Below are positions 10,990-22,817 of a stretch of 64,000 nucleotides of DNA, piece by piece (the first letter of the stretch is position 1; each line of letters begins with the position of its first letter). The translations under genes were made by a program, and so were the position numbers. The DNA comes from Thermodesulfobacteriota bacterium (GTDB taxonomy: Bacteria > Desulfobacterota > Desulfobulbia > Desulfobulbales > SURF-16): the NCBI GenBank assembly GCA_049323935.1, contig JBMONN010000037.1:63476-127475 (forward strand), given 5' to 3'. The notes under the pieces were generated by a model. It was given only the letters and a program-made list of their open reading frames with translations, was not told the DNA's origin and made no database searches.

Positions 10990-11862
10990 TTATCCTTTGA
11001 GGGCCTCAGCACCGCCGACAATATCCATAAGCTCACCGGTAATCGCCGACTGACGGGCCTTGTTGTAGACCATGGTCAGGTTATGGATCATGTCCTTGCA
11101 GGCCTTTGTCGCATTGTCCATGGCGGTCATTCGGGCAGCATGTTCGCTGGCGCCGACCTCCAGCATGGCGTTATAGACCATGACATTCATATAGAGCGGC
11201 AAGAGGACGTCCATGATCTCTTCAGGACTGGGCTCGGTGATGTAGGCGCCGGTCTGTCCCTTTTTCTCGCCGGGATCGGCCACCACCGGTTTCACCGGCA
11301 GATAGTGAAGAGCAACCGGCACCTGCCTGGCGACGCTGATGAAGCTGCCATAGACAATCTGCACCTCATCGCTGCCCCCTTCCATAAAATTCGCGGCTAC
11401 ATCCTGGGCAATCTCACGAGCATTGAACATCTGGAAGTTACCCATGATATCCCGGTAGTTTTTGCGGATTTTGCCGGTCTTCTTGAAATACTGGCTCCCT
11501 TTCTTGCCTACGCAGACCAGGCTGACCTTTTTGCCTTCAGCCTCGTATTTCTGCATGAGCTTTTCAGACATTCGCATGATATTGCTGTTAAAACTTCCGC
11601 ACAGACCACGATCGGAGGTGACGACAACAATCTCAACACTTTTCACATCCCGGACCTTCATCAGCGGAAATTCGCTTGATTTCATGTTGCCGCTGATGCT
11701 GCCAAGGGCCTCTTTGAACTTGGTGGCATATGGACGGAAATTCTCCATCTTCATCTGGGCGCCGCGCAACTTGGCCGCAGACACCATGTTCATCGCCTTG
11801 GTGATCTGTGATGTCTTTTTCACACCAGTAATCTGGCTTTTGACATCTTTTAGACTCGGCAT
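10990..11862 (-). CDS. atpG: F0F1 ATP synthase subunit gamma
   Basis: 290 aa, MPSLKDVKSQITGVKKTSQITKAMNMVSAAKLRGAQ...; lies between alpha and beta. Confidence 0.95.
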   Translation of the reverse strand: MPSLKDVKSQITGVKKTSQITKAMNMVSAAKLRGAQMKMENFRPYATKFKEALGSISGNMKSSEFPLMKVRDVKSVEIVVVTSDRGLCGSFNSNIMRMSEKLMQKYEAEGKKVSLVCVGKKGSQYFKKTGKIRKNYRDIMGNFQMFNAREIAQDVAANFMEGGSDEVQIVYGSFISVARQVPVALHYLPVKPVVADPGEKKGQTGAYITEPSPEEIMDVLLPLYMNVMVYNAMLEVGASEHAARMTAMDNATKACKDMIHNLTMVYNKARQSAITGELMDIVGGAEALKG

Positions 11863-11879
11863 GACGTTCTACTCCTGGT

Positions 11880-13403
11880 TTATTGAATTCCCTTGGACGC
11901 CTTGAACGTCTCGGTGAAGGACTTGATGGTGCTGTGCATTTTCGCCTCAAGATCCTTATCAATGACCTTTTTCTCCTTGAGGGTATCAAAGATATCAGGA
12001 GCATTGCCGGCGATATAGGAGTACAAATCCGCTTCATAATCAGCCAGGACATTGAGGGGCAAGGTGTCGAGATAGCCCTTGGTGCCGGCGAAGATGATGG
12101 ACACTTGTTTTTCCATGGGCAGTGGCTGGTACTGGGGCTGCTTGAGGATCTCGACCAGACGGGCGCCGCGGGTCAGCTGGGCCTGGGTGGCGGCGTCGAG
12201 ATCGGAGCCGAAACCGGCAAATGCGGCCAGCTCCCGGTACTGAGCCAGATCGAGACGCAGGGTACCGGCAACCTGTTTCATTGCCTTGACCTGCGCCGCA
12301 CCACCAACCCTCGATACGGAAAGTCCGACGTTGATTGCCGGACGAACGCCGGAGAAGAAGAGGTTCGGTTCAAGATAAACCTGCCCGTCGGTAATGGAGA
12401 TTACGTTGGTCGGAATAAAGGCTGAAACGTCACCGGCCTGGGTTTCAATGATCGGCAGAGCAGTCAGCGAGCCGGCGCCGAGAGCGTCACTCACCTTGGA
12501 GGCGCGCTCCAGCAGACGTGAATGGTTGAAGAAGATGTCGCCGGGGAATGCCTCACGTCCCGGCGGACGCCGTAGCAGCAGGGAGAGCTCGCGGTAGGAG
12601 ACGGCCTGCTTGGAAAGATCGTCATAGATGATCAGGGCGTGCTGGCCATTGTCGCGGTAATACTCGCCCATGGCGCAACCGGCAAAGGCGGCGATGTACT
12701 GCATTGGCGCGGGGTCGGAGGCACAGGCGGCGACCACGGTTGTGTACTCCATGGCGCCGTGTTTGCGCAGCGCTTCAACAACCAAGGCCACGGTGGATTT
12801 TTTCTGGCCGATGGCGACATAGATGCAGTGCATGTCGGTTTCTTTCTGGGCGATGATGGCATCGACACAGAGGGCGGTTTTGCCGATCTGACGGTCGCCG
12901 ATGATAAGCTCACGCTGGCCGCGACCAACGGGGGTCATAGCGTCGACGGCCTTGCTGCCGGTGTAGCAGGGCTCATGCACGCTCTTTCTGGCAATAACGC
13001 CCGGGGCCAGCACCTCCATTTTCGAAAAATGCTTGGCATTGATCGGTCCCTGGCCGTCAATCGGGTTGCCGACGCCATCGACGACGCGGCCTTCCATTTC
13101 AGGCCCAACCGGGACCTCGGCGATCCTGCCGGTCCGTTTAACGATGTCGCCTTCCTTGATGTGTTTAACATCACCGAAGATAGCGCAACCGACGTTGTCG
13201 GCCTCCAGGTTGAGGGCGAGCCCGAGAATGCCGCCGGGGAACTCAAGCAGCTCCATGGCCATGCAGTTTTCGACGCCATGGACCCTGGCAATACCATCGC
13301 CGACTGAAATGACGGTTCCAGTTTCACTCAGATCAATTTTTGCTTCGTAATCCTTGATCTGCCCCTTGATAATCTGACTGATTTCTTCAGCTTTAATCTG
13401 CAT
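11880..13403 (-). CDS. atpA: F0F1 ATP synthase subunit alpha
   Basis: 507 aa with Walker [10 protein letters not shown] and conserved alpha-subunit blocks. Confidence 0.97.
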   Translation of the reverse strand: MQIKAEEISQIIKGQIKDYEAKIDLSETGTVISVGDGIARVHGVENCMAMELLEFPGGILGLALNLEADNVGCAIFGDVKHIKEGDIVKRTGRIAEVPVGPEMEGRVVDGVGNPIDGQGPINAKHFSKMEVLAPGVIARKSVHEPCYTGSKAVDAMTPVGRGQRELIIGDRQIGKTALCVDAIIAQKETDMHCIYVAIGQKKSTVALVVEALRKHGAMEYTTVVAACASDPAPMQYIAAFAGCAMGEYYRDNGQHALIIYDDLSKQAVSYRELSLLLRRPPGREAFPGDIFFNHSRLLERASKVSDALGAGSLTALPIIETQAGDVSAFIPTNVISITDGQVYLEPNLFFSGVRPAINVGLSVSRVGGAAQVKAMKQVAGTLRLDLAQYRELAAFAGFGSDLDAATQAQLTRGARLVEILKQPQYQPLPMEKQVSIIFAGTKGYLDTLPLNVLADYEADLYSYIAGNAPDIFDTLKEKKVIDKDLEAKMHSTIKSFTETFKASKGIQ

Positions 13404-13406
13404 TGC

Positions 13407-13952
13407 CTATTCGCTCCCTTTGATGGACTCTTTTAAACCCTCAAGCTGTGTTTTGATACTGCCGTCCAGGACAAGATCCCCTACCTTGGCGATCATCCCA
13501 CCGATGATGGTCGGATCGACCTGGGTCTTCAAAACAACCTGCTTGCCTGTTATCTTTTCCAGTGTCGCCTTGGTTTTTTCCTGCAACGCCGGTTGTAATT
13601 CCTTCGCGGTGATGATCAGACCCTGGCAGACGTTCCGCTCTTCATCCACCATGGCCTGAAATGTCGTGGCGATTTCCGGCAACACCTCGACCCGGTTCTT
13701 CTGGGCGAGCAGGTTGAGGAAATTGGCCATGATCCCGCTGACACCGGCAGAGGCGACGATTTCCGCCATCACTTTGGCCCGGACATCAAGGGGATACATC
13801 TTGTTGGTCAGCCCGTCCCGCACCAGGGGAGTGGCCTGATAAAGAGCAGCAAACTCCTGCAGGGTGGCGGCGTAAGCATCAAGGGCGTTTTCTTCCTTGC
13901 CCACGACGAACAGCGCCTTGGCGTAACGCCTGGCCAGAATATCGTTTTTCAT
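13407..13952 (-). CDS. atpH: F0F1 ATP synthase subunit delta (OSCP)
   Basis: 181 aa, ARRYAKALF... N-terminus; lies between b and alpha. Confidence 0.9.
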   Translation of the reverse strand: MKNDILARRYAKALFVVGKEENALDAYAATLQEFAALYQATPLVRDGLTNKMYPLDVRAKVMAEIVASAGVSGIMANFLNLLAQKNRVEVLPEIATTFQAMVDEERNVCQGLIITAKELQPALQEKTKATLEKITGKQVVLKTQVDPTIIGGMIAKVGDLVLDGSIKTQLEGLKESIKGSE

Positions 13953-14593
13953 TATTTCAAGCCTCCCACCTTGGTCAGGTATTCTTCCACCAGTTTATCC
14001 TGGTCAGCATCACGGAGATTTTTCTTGATAATCTCTTCCGCCATGGCCGTCGCCTGTTCGGCGATCTCGACCTTGATACGACGTCGTGCTTCGGTGATTT
14101 CCGTCTGCACCGCCATTTCTGCCTGGCGTTTGATGTTTTCCGCCGCCTTGTTGGCTTCTTCGATGATGCGTGTCTTTTCTGCCTGACCGGCGGCGATGGC
14201 CTTATCAACCATCTCCTTCAACTCGGCGTCGATCCCGGCAAGCTTGGCCTCGTATTCCTTGTATTGCCGCTCCGCCTCGGCCCGGCGGGTCTCCAAATCC
14301 TCAAACTCGGCGGCAATGGTCTGCTGTCGCCCTTTCAGGGCATCCACCAGCGGCTTTTTCAGAAATTTGATAAGGATGACCATCAGGGCGGCAAAGTTCA
14401 TCACCCGCCACATCAGATCTTTGAGTTTTTCCGGTGACAGACTGCCGCCGTGTCCGCCACCGTGCGCGTCACCTGCCGCCGCGGCAGCATGCGGGTCGCC
14501 ACCCGAGGCATACAAAATCCCCGCCGCGCCGACAACCGCTGCAAGCGCCAAAGCCGCTAAGGCAATCTTTGACCACTTCTTGTTCCTTTTCAT
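13952..14593 (-). CDS. atpF: F0F1 ATP synthase subunit b
   Basis: One N-terminal TM helix followed by a long charged coiled coil. Start placed at MKRNKKWSK (ATG 14593), preceded by GGGAGGG. The longer track ORF overlaps the b' gene. Confidence 0.85.
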   Translation of the reverse strand: MKRNKKWSKIALAALALAAVVGAAGILYASGGDPHAAAAAGDAHGGGHGGSLSPEKLKDLMWRVMNFAALMVILIKFLKKPLVDALKGRQQTIAAEFEDLETRRAEAERQYKEYEAKLAGIDAELKEMVDKAIAAGQAEKTRIIEEANKAAENIKRQAEMAVQTEITEARRRIKVEIAEQATAMAEEIIKKNLRDADQDKLVEEYLTKVGGLK

Positions 14594-14594
14594 C

Positions 14595-15020
14595 TTACAG
14601 TGCCCTCCCGAGTATCTTAACCGCCATATCTGTCGCAAATCCTTCAATCTGTCCCTTCAATGTCCCCTCGGCGGCCTGGACGTCGGCAGCTACCTTACGC
14701 AGCTGGTCGGCCTTGGCCTTGTCGGATTCTTCCCGGATCTTTTTCAGAGTTTCGGCGCCCGCAGCCTGGGCTTCGGCCCGGGCCGTGTCGAACTCCTGTT
14801 TGGCCCTGCGCCGGGCCTCGGTCAGCTTCTGATCGAACTGTTCTGAGCGTACCGCCGCGTTCTTATGAAAATTTTCAATATCACTACCCAAGGAGGCAAT
14901 TCTGACCTTTCGCTCAGCAAGGATTTTCCTGACAGGACGGTAAAGTACCGCGTTCAACACCACAATCAGAACGAGAATGTTCAGGATGTGGATCGGCATG
15001 GTGATATCAACTGTGATCAT
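14595..15020 (-). CDS. F0F1 ATP synthase subunit b'
   Basis: 141 aa with a TM helix (IHILNILVLIVVLNAVLY) and a coiled coil. It is a second b-type gene directly upstream of atpF. Confidence 0.8.
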   Translation of the reverse strand: MITVDITMPIHILNILVLIVVLNAVLYRPVRKILAERKVRIASLGSDIENFHKNAAVRSEQFDQKLTEARRRAKQEFDTARAEAQAAGAETLKKIREESDKAKADQLRKVAADVQAAEGTLKGQIEGFATDMAVKILGRAL

Positions 15021-15253
15021 TGCGCGCCCCCCTTAAGTGTCGTATAAAATGAAATTTTGAAAAAAATGAATAGTCCTTCAGTAAAACATTCGACTGTCTA
15101 CTACATTCTTTTTGGGCTGTCAACTCTTTTTAGGCCAACTTTCCGGGAATATTTCGTCTAAAATTCTGTGCAGTTACCTGTAGAACGCAATGATTTTTTT
15201 TTGTGTATCACAAAGTGACTGTACATTGTGAAAAAAATTCTGAATGGAGATTT

Positions 15254-17899
15254 TTAGCCGAGCAATGATTGGACAATGCCGGGAACCGCCTGCAGGGCCG
15301 CCGGCAACTTGTCCGGCATGGTGCCCCCAGCCTGGGCCATGTCCGGTCGACCGCCGCCACCACCGCCCACCATGGCGGCAACCTCCCTGATAATCACGCC
15401 GGCCTGCACCCTGGATGTCAGATCCTTGGTGACAATGGCCAGCAGCGACACCTTGTCGTTCAGCACCCCGCCGAGTACTGCAACTCCGCTGCCGAGCCCG
15501 TCCCGCACCCGGTCACCCACCTCACGCATGGTCTTGGGGGAATCCAGAGGAATGCGGGCCGCTACGACCTTGACACCATTGATTGTGGACGCACCGGCCA
15601 GAAGAGAATCAAGGTTGGCGAGCGATAGAGCAGCGTTGAGCTGACTCACCTCTTTTTCCAACTCCCGAATGCGGCCCGCCAGTTTCTCGATGCGCGCGGG
15701 AGCTTCATCAGCCGGACAGCGAAGCAGCCCGGCGATGGTGGCAAGTTTATCCGCATCATCCTGAACGAGGGCCAGGGCACGATCAGAGGTCACCGCCTCG
15801 ATGCGTCGGATTCCGGCGGCAATGCCGCTCTCCGTGACGATTTTCACGAGCCCTATCTCACCGGTGGCTCCGACGTGGGTTCCGCCGCACAACTCTCTAC
15901 TGAAGGTATCGATGGCGACCACCCGCACCGTCTCGCCATATTTTTCGCCGAAAAGGGCGGTGGCGCCGGATTGCAGGGCGTCCTCCCGACTCAGGTGCTC
16001 GATGGCGAGGGGGGTGTTGGCCCGAATCGCCCTGTTGACGATGGATTCAATCTTTTTCAGTTCCGCGTGGCTGATGGGTGAAAAATGGGTGAAATCGAAA
16101 CGGAGCCGTTCCTCTTCCACCAGAGAGCCGGCCTGTTTGACATGGTCGCCGAGCACCTGCTTGAGAGCGGCGTGGAGGAGATGGGTTGCCGTGTGATTAC
16201 AGGCAATGGCCTGGCGCCGGCCGCCGGTGACGGCCAGATCGGCTGCCTCGTTGCCCTGCAGGACACCGGAACGGACCACGCCCTTATGAAGAATGATTCC
16301 ATCGCCGGCCTTGACGGTATCATTGATGTCCGCCACCCCGCCTGGGGTGGTGATGGTGCCCTGATCGCCGGTCTGACCGCCGGACTCGGCATAAAAAGGG
16401 GTTTCCGGACAGACGAGCAGCACCGCATCGCCCTGCCCGGCCCGTTCCAGTGCTTCGCCCGCCTCATTCATGACGGCGATCAGCCGCGACTGGTGACGCC
16501 AGTGGTCATAACCGACGAAATCGGTACGAACCCCGGCGTTGATCAGTGCCCTGATGCCAGAGCCGATCTCAGCATGAGAGCCGCCCTTCCACGATCGACG
16601 GGACTGCTGGCGCTGGCTTTCCATGGCCAGGTTGTACCCCGCCTCGTCGATGCCATACCCTTCTTCGATTGCAATGTCGCGAACGATATCCACCGGAAAA
16701 CCATAGGTATCGTAAAGCTTGAAGATAAAGTCGCCGGCAACGGTTTTATTACCCGCCTCCCGCAAAGCTTCCATCTCCCTGGCCAGCATGGCAAGCCCGT
16801 TGTCCAGGGTCTCCAAAAACCGCTCCTCCTCGTTGCTGACCACCTGGTCGAGGAGATCGACGGCCTCAGCGAGATGAGCATAGGAATGAACCATCTCCTC
16901 GACCACCTTGCGGGTAATGGCGCTCAAAAAGGGACGGGTCAGGCCGAGGGTACGACCAAAGCGGATGGCGCGCCGCATGATGCGGCGCAAAACATAGCCG
17001 CGCCCTTCGTTTGAGGGCAGCACCCCGTCCGCTACCAGAAAGGCGGTGGTGCGGCTGTGGTCGGCGATGACCCGGAGGGCGGTATCGGAACGGTCGCTCG
17101 CCCCGTAGGTGGTGCCGGCCAGGCCGGCAATGGCGTTGATGATGGCGGCAAAGAGATCGGAGTCATAGTTGCTGTGCACCCCTTGGGTGACCGCGGCGAT
17201 CCGCTCCAGCCCCATGCCGGTGTCGATGCTCGGCTTGGGCAGGGGGGTCATGGTGCCGTCGGCGCTGCGTTCAAACTGCATGAAGACGAGATTCCACACC
17301 TCGAGAAAGCGATCGCAGTCGCAACCTACCGCACAGTCGGGCCGGCCACAGCCCACCTCGACGCCCTGATCGTAATGAATTTCCGAACAGGGGCCGCAGG
17401 GGCCGGTGTCACCCATGGCCCAGAAGTTGTCCTTGGCGCCGAGCCGGATGATGCGGCCCCCGGGCAGATCGTCGATCTTCTCCCACAGCGCGAAGGCCTC
17501 GTCATCGTCTTCGAAAACCGAGACCCAGAGTTTTTCGGGCGGCAGACCGAGTTCCCGGGTCAGAAAGTCCCAGCCGTAACGGATCGCCTCCTCCTTGAAA
17601 TAATCGCCGAAAGAGAAGTTGCCCAGCATTTCGAAAAAGGTGTGATGACGGGCGGTGTAACCGACATTATCGAGGTCGTTGTGTTTGCCGCCGGCGCGGA
17701 CGCAGCGCTGGCAGGTGGCGGCGCGGGTATACTCCCGTTTCTCCTCGCCGGTGAACACCCGCTTGAACTGGACCATACCGGCGTTGGTAAAGAGGAGGGT
17801 CGGATCATCATGGGGCACCAGGGCCGAGCTTTCAACAATGGCGTGGCCGTGGTCGGCAAAATAGGCAAGAAATTTTCTGCGAATATCGTTTCCGGTCAT
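15254..17899 (-). CDS. alaS: Alanine--tRNA ligase
   Basis: 881 aa with class II motifs (FTNAGMVQFK), the editing-domain HxxxH/CxxxH pattern (NHTATHLLH, ELCGGTHV) and a C-terminal DHHA1-like GGGGGRPDMAQAGG. Confidence 0.97.
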   Translation of the reverse strand: MTGNDIRRKFLAYFADHGHAIVESSALVPHDDPTLLFTNAGMVQFKRVFTGEEKREYTRAATCQRCVRAGGKHNDLDNVGYTARHHTFFEMLGNFSFGDYFKEEAIRYGWDFLTRELGLPPEKLWVSVFEDDDEAFALWEKIDDLPGGRIIRLGAKDNFWAMGDTGPCGPCSEIHYDQGVEVGCGRPDCAVGCDCDRFLEVWNLVFMQFERSADGTMTPLPKPSIDTGMGLERIAAVTQGVHSNYDSDLFAAIINAIAGLAGTTYGASDRSDTALRVIADHSRTTAFLVADGVLPSNEGRGYVLRRIMRRAIRFGRTLGLTRPFLSAITRKVVEEMVHSYAHLAEAVDLLDQVVSNEEERFLETLDNGLAMLAREMEALREAGNKTVAGDFIFKLYDTYGFPVDIVRDIAIEEGYGIDEAGYNLAMESQRQQSRRSWKGGSHAEIGSGIRALINAGVRTDFVGYDHWRHQSRLIAVMNEAGEALERAGQGDAVLLVCPETPFYAESGGQTGDQGTITTPGGVADINDTVKAGDGIILHKGVVRSGVLQGNEAADLAVTGGRRQAIACNHTATHLLHAALKQVLGDHVKQAGSLVEEERLRFDFTHFSPISHAELKKIESIVNRAIRANTPLAIEHLSREDALQSGATALFGEKYGETVRVVAIDTFSRELCGGTHVGATGEIGLVKIVTESGIAAGIRRIEAVTSDRALALVQDDADKLATIAGLLRCPADEAPARIEKLAGRIRELEKEVSQLNAALSLANLDSLLAGASTINGVKVVAARIPLDSPKTMREVGDRVRDGLGSGVAVLGGVLNDKVSLLAIVTKDLTSRVQAGVIIREVAAMVGGGGGGRPDMAQAGGTMPDKLPAALQAVPGIVQSLLG

Positions 17900-17914
17900 G
17901 GTTGTCTGTTAGGC

Positions 17915-17959
17915 AAAAGTGGGAAAACAATGGCCGGCAGCCTGTGTCGGGCGCCGGCC
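17915..17959 (-). terminator. Candidate rho-independent terminator/attenuator between recA and alaS
   Basis: On the minus strand, GGCCGGC...GCCGGCC stem (17932-17959) followed by ATTGTTTTCCCACTTTTGCC. Confidence 0.4.
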
Positions 17960-17962
17960 GGC

Positions 17963-18997
<1,035 letters not shown>

Positions 18998-19080
18998 AGC
19001 GGAAGCTCCTTGTGCTGCGGTTTGTGAAAGAAAAACGACACCTGCCGCAACCGGCGCGGACGTCGGAAAAACAGTCATCA

Positions 19081-20334
19081 CTACCAGCCGTTGTCAAGAA
19101 AGTCAAGCCCCTGAAGAGAACGGCGCAAAAGATCGAGCCCGGTCATGGACGCCTTGGTCTGCACCATGGCGCGGTTGCCGGAAAAACGGTAGCTCAGGGA
19201 AACGGCGCCGTGCTGCTTGGCAATGGCGAAACAGACGGTGCCCACCGGCTTCTGCGGAGTGCCTCCGCCGGGCCCGGCGATGCCGGTAATGGCAAGGGCA
19301 ATGTCAGCGCTACAGATTTTCCTGACGCCGATCGCCATTTCCGTCGCCGTCTCGCGACTGACCGCCCCGCATCTGTTCAGGGTCGGCCGGCTGACACCGA
19401 GCACTGCCTCCTTCACCGCATTGGCATAGGCCACAACCCCGCCCCGAAAGTAGTCCGAGCTGCCGGCGATCTGGGTGATATGATGGGCCATCAGGCCACC
19501 GGAACACGACTCGGCCAGGGCCAGGGTCATCTTCCGCTCCCGCAGGAGCTGGCCGACGATGGCCTCCAGGGAACGATTGGCGTCGTCGTAGATGCAACAA
19601 CCCAAAATTGCGCGGATGGTGGCCTCGCCCCGGGAAAATCGTTCAGCGGTTTCCTCGGGCGTCATCCCCCGCACCGTCAGGCTGACATGCACCTCGGCCG
19701 CGTTTGGGTAATAGCCGATGCGCAGCTGCTGGTTGCTTTTCTCGAAAGCAGCCAGTTTTTCCTGCACCAGCGGTTCAGGCAGGCCGTAGACCTTGAAGAC
19801 CTTCTGTTTCACCAGGGAGCTGTTCGTCCCACCCCAGGCGGCTAGCCGTGGAATGACCCGGTCGAGCATCAATTCCCGCATCTGGTGGGGTACGCCGGGC
19901 AGGAAAAAAATCGGCTTGTCCTGGTAGATAAGCATATAGCCGGCAATTCGGTCGCCGGGTTTTAAAATCTCCGCACCGGATGGAAGCCAGGCCAGCTTTT
20001 CCAGAGAAGGCATCTCCTTGAACGATTCCGATTGTTTGATTTTATCGAAAATCTCCGGATAGAGGATGGTGGGTCGGTCCAGGGCCTCGGCCACCGCCTG
20101 GTTCGTCATGTCGTCATTGGTGGGACCGAGCCCGCCGGTGACCACGACAAAATCGGCCCGTTCGATGCTCTCCCGCAGAGCCTTGCCGATCATCCGCGGT
20201 TCATCGCCGATGGTGGCCATGGCGGTAATTTCATGGCCGGCGCCATAGAGATGGCTGGCCGCAAAATGGCTGGTCGAATTCAGGATCCGGCCGGAGGTCA
20301 GTTCATTGCCGATGGCGATAATCTCTCCAATCAT
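19081..20334 (-). CDS. cinA: CinA family competence/damage-inducible protein (MoCF-binding domain plus PncC-type NMN deamidase domain)
   Basis: 417 aa, [18 protein letters not shown]... and [15 protein letters not shown]. Classic position upstream of recA. Confidence 0.9.
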   Translation of the reverse strand: MIGEIIAIGNELTSGRILNSTSHFAASHLYGAGHEITAMATIGDEPRMIGKALRESIERADFVVVTGGLGPTNDDMTNQAVAEALDRPTILYPEIFDKIKQSESFKEMPSLEKLAWLPSGAEILKPGDRIAGYMLIYQDKPIFFLPGVPHQMRELMLDRVIPRLAAWGGTNSSLVKQKVFKVYGLPEPLVQEKLAAFEKSNQQLRIGYYPNAAEVHVSLTVRGMTPEETAERFSRGEATIRAILGCCIYDDANRSLEAIVGQLLRERKMTLALAESCSGGLMAHHITQIAGSSDYFRGGVVAYANAVKEAVLGVSRPTLNRCGAVSRETATEMAIGVRKICSADIALAITGIAGPGGGTPQKPVGTVCFAIAKQHGAVSLSYRFSGNRAMVQTKASMTGLDLLRRSLQGLDFLDNGW

Positions 20335-21647
20335 AGGCGCTGTCCAAAAACGATTCCCTCTTCCAACCGTTCCAGACGCACTTCGATCAGGGTATTGTTT
20401 TCCTTCTCCAAAGCGGGAAAGAGGACAGGTATATAATTTTCGGTAAAGCCTCGCATCAACCGAAAGCGGTTCTTTCGATTCTCCGCCAGTACCAGGTGGG
20501 TCTCGCCGAGGTGGCGGCGATAGAATATCGCGCGTTTTTTCTGATCGAGCCGCCGTAGCTCCGCCACCCGTCGCTCCTTTTCAGGACCGGGGATCTGCTT
20601 ATCCATGCCGGCGGCCATGGTGCCGGGGCGACGGGAATAGGGAAAGACATGGAGATAGGTAACCGGCAGCTTGGCCAGCAGGGCAGCGGTGGCGGCAAAG
20701 GCCTCTTCCGTTTCTCCCGGAAAGCCGACCAGGACATCGACGCCGATGGCGGCGGCGGGAATGCGGACGCGGATGCGCTCCACCAGGGAGGCGAAATCGG
20801 CGGCGCTGTAACGACGGTTCATGGCCCGCAGGATGGCGTCATCGCCGCTCTGCAAAGGAATGTGCAGATGCGGCATGAAGTTTTCCCGTGCCGCCATCAG
20901 GTCAAGCAGATCATCGCCGATTTCATTAGGCTCAAGGGAACTGAGACGAAAACGAACGTCAGGGAAACGACTCGTTGCCAAGCCGATAAAATCGGTTAAT
21001 TCGGTCCGGGGCGAAAGGTCGAGACCGTACATGCCGACATGGATGCCGGTCAACACGATTTCCCGGTGGCCGGCGGCGACAAAGAGGGCGATCTGAGCCA
21101 GGGCCGCGGCCGGATCGAGACTGCGGCTGCGGCCTCGGGCATAGGGGACGATGCAGTAGGAGCAGAAATTGTTGCAGCCGTCCTGCAGCTTGAGATAGGC
21201 CCGGGTGCGTCCGGGAAAACGGGCAGGCGTCAATGGACAGATGGTCCGGCGACTGGCAATGTCACCCAGATGCATCTCAATATCACACTGCTTGTCCGAC
21301 AGGGCGATATCCACCAGACGGTGCTTGTGACCGTTACCGACGATGCAGACCGCCCAATCAGCCAGTTCCATGACCTCAGTGGCGGCAACCTGCGAATAGC
21401 AGCCGGTCACCACGACTCGCGCCTGGCCATTGGTCTTCAAGGCCCGACGGATCATCTGGCGGGACTGGGCCGCCGCCCTGGCGGTGACGGTGCAGGTATT
21501 GATGATATAAATGTCGGCGATCCGGGCAAAGGGGACCACCTCAACCCCCCGCATCTCCAGCTCGGAAAGAAAGGCTGCCGATTCAAACTGGTTCACCTTA
21601 CAGCCCAGAGTGGTGACCGCCACTTTTGTTTTTTTCTGCTCACTCAT
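20331..21647 (-). CDS. mtaB: MiaB-like radical-SAM tRNA methylthiotransferase (MtaB type)
   Basis: 438 aa. N-terminal UPF0004 domain (TLGCKVNQFES...NTCTVT) and radical-SAM motif CNNFCSYCIVP. Confidence 0.8.
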   Translation of the reverse strand: MSEQKKTKVAVTTLGCKVNQFESAAFLSELEMRGVEVVPFARIADIYIINTCTVTARAAAQSRQMIRRALKTNGQARVVVTGCYSQVAATEVMELADWAVCIVGNGHKHRLVDIALSDKQCDIEMHLGDIASRRTICPLTPARFPGRTRAYLKLQDGCNNFCSYCIVPYARGRSRSLDPAAALAQIALFVAAGHREIVLTGIHVGMYGLDLSPRTELTDFIGLATSRFPDVRFRLSSLEPNEIGDDLLDLMAARENFMPHLHIPLQSGDDAILRAMNRRYSAADFASLVERIRVRIPAAAIGVDVLVGFPGETEEAFAATAALLAKLPVTYLHVFPYSRRPGTMAAGMDKQIPGPEKERRVAELRRLDQKKRAIFYRRHLGETHLVLAENRKNRFRLMRGFTENYIPVLFPALEKENNTLIEVRLERLEEGIVFGQRL

Positions 21648-21650
21648 CGC

Positions 21651-22694
21651 TTATCCTGCAATCTCCCCGCCGCCCAGCACCTCGTCTCCACGGTAGACAA
21701 CGGCAAACTGGCCCGGCGTGACAGCCCGCTGCGGCGCCTGGAAGAGAATCCGCCAGCCGTCGCCATCCCGGACCAGTTCCGCCTCCGCCGCCGCATGCCG
21801 GGATCGAATCCTGACCCGACATGCCAGCGGCAGGGCCGCCGGGGCCCCGGCAATCCAACTCATGTCGGTGACGCGCAGCTCTCGCCGCCAGAGGTCCAAC
21901 TCCTTGCCGACAATAACATGCCGGGTGGTCGGGTCAAGGCCGATAACGTAAGAGGGGGTGGCGTCGCAGATGCCCAGTCCCCGGCGCTGACCCACGGTAT
22001 AGTGAAAAAGGCCGGCATGCCGACCGAGCCGCTCGCCGGTCGTGCTGACAATATCACCTTTTTGCCCCTCTGTCTCATCTTTCAGAAAATCACCCACCCC
22101 TCGCCCCTGGAGAAAGCAGGCGTCCTGACTCTCGGAGCCGCCCTCGGCAAACTGCCGAAAACCGAGATCGATCGCCAGTCTGCAGACCTTTTCCTTGGTC
22201 AGGTCGCCAAGCGGAAAAAGAAGATGGGCAAGTTGCGGCTCGCTCACGCCGCAGAGAAAATAGGACTGATCCTTTTTCGGGTCGCTGCCGGTGAACAAAT
22301 GTATCCCCTCGCTGTCCCGACGAAGCCGGACATAATGACCGGTGGCCATCTTTTCCATGCCGCGCCGCCGCACCTCATCGAGCAGTCGGCCGAATTTGAT
22401 ACGGGGATTGCAGACAACGCAGGGATTGGGGGTACGGCCGGCCAGGTAGCTCCGGCGAAAATACCCGATGACCTCTGCGTGGAAGGCCTGGCGGAGGTCG
22501 ATGACTTCCAGGGGGACGGCGAGCTGGGCGGCAATGGCCCGCACCTGGGCGAGCTGCGCCTCCCGGTCCGGCAGACCGATATCCATGAAAAATCCGTGCA
22601 CCGCATACTGCCGGCGCAACAGGGCCGCGCAAACCGTGCTGTCCACCCCGCCGCTCATGGCGACCGCAATGTTGTGTCGTGCTGTTTCCGCCAT
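21651..22694 (-). CDS. mnmA: tRNA 2-thiouridine(34) synthase MnmA
   Basis: 347 aa with PP-loop AVAMSGGVDSTV and conserved CxxC-type cysteines. Confidence 0.93.
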   Translation of the reverse strand: MAETARHNIAVAMSGGVDSTVCAALLRRQYAVHGFFMDIGLPDREAQLAQVRAIAAQLAVPLEVIDLRQAFHAEVIGYFRRSYLAGRTPNPCVVCNPRIKFGRLLDEVRRRGMEKMATGHYVRLRRDSEGIHLFTGSDPKKDQSYFLCGVSEPQLAHLLFPLGDLTKEKVCRLAIDLGFRQFAEGGSESQDACFLQGRGVGDFLKDETEGQKGDIVSTTGERLGRHAGLFHYTVGQRRGLGICDATPSYVIGLDPTTRHVIVGKELDLWRRELRVTDMSWIAGAPAALPLACRVRIRSRHAAAEAELVRDGDGWRILFQAPQRAVTPGQFAVVYRGDEVLGGGEIAG

Positions 22695-22817
22695 TGAAGC
22701 ATGGGAAGAAAAAGTTTATATGGATGCTTGAGTTTTGTCGCCCATTCAACCAGTTTCCGAGGAATGTGGTCAATACCTTTTTCATCTTTTTGCGCCGTTT
22801 GCGGCGCGGGGAACATC

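Noticed and set aside
15118-15123. Perfect TTGACA (minus strand) upstream of the atp operon, considered as a promoter -35 element.
   Set aside because: The best -10 candidate at 17-nt spacing is TAGACA, which is a poor match. I did not list it as a feature.
17900-17962. No recX between recA and alaS.
   Set aside because: recX is absent from, or unlinked in, many genomes. The 63-bp gap holds only a hairpin.
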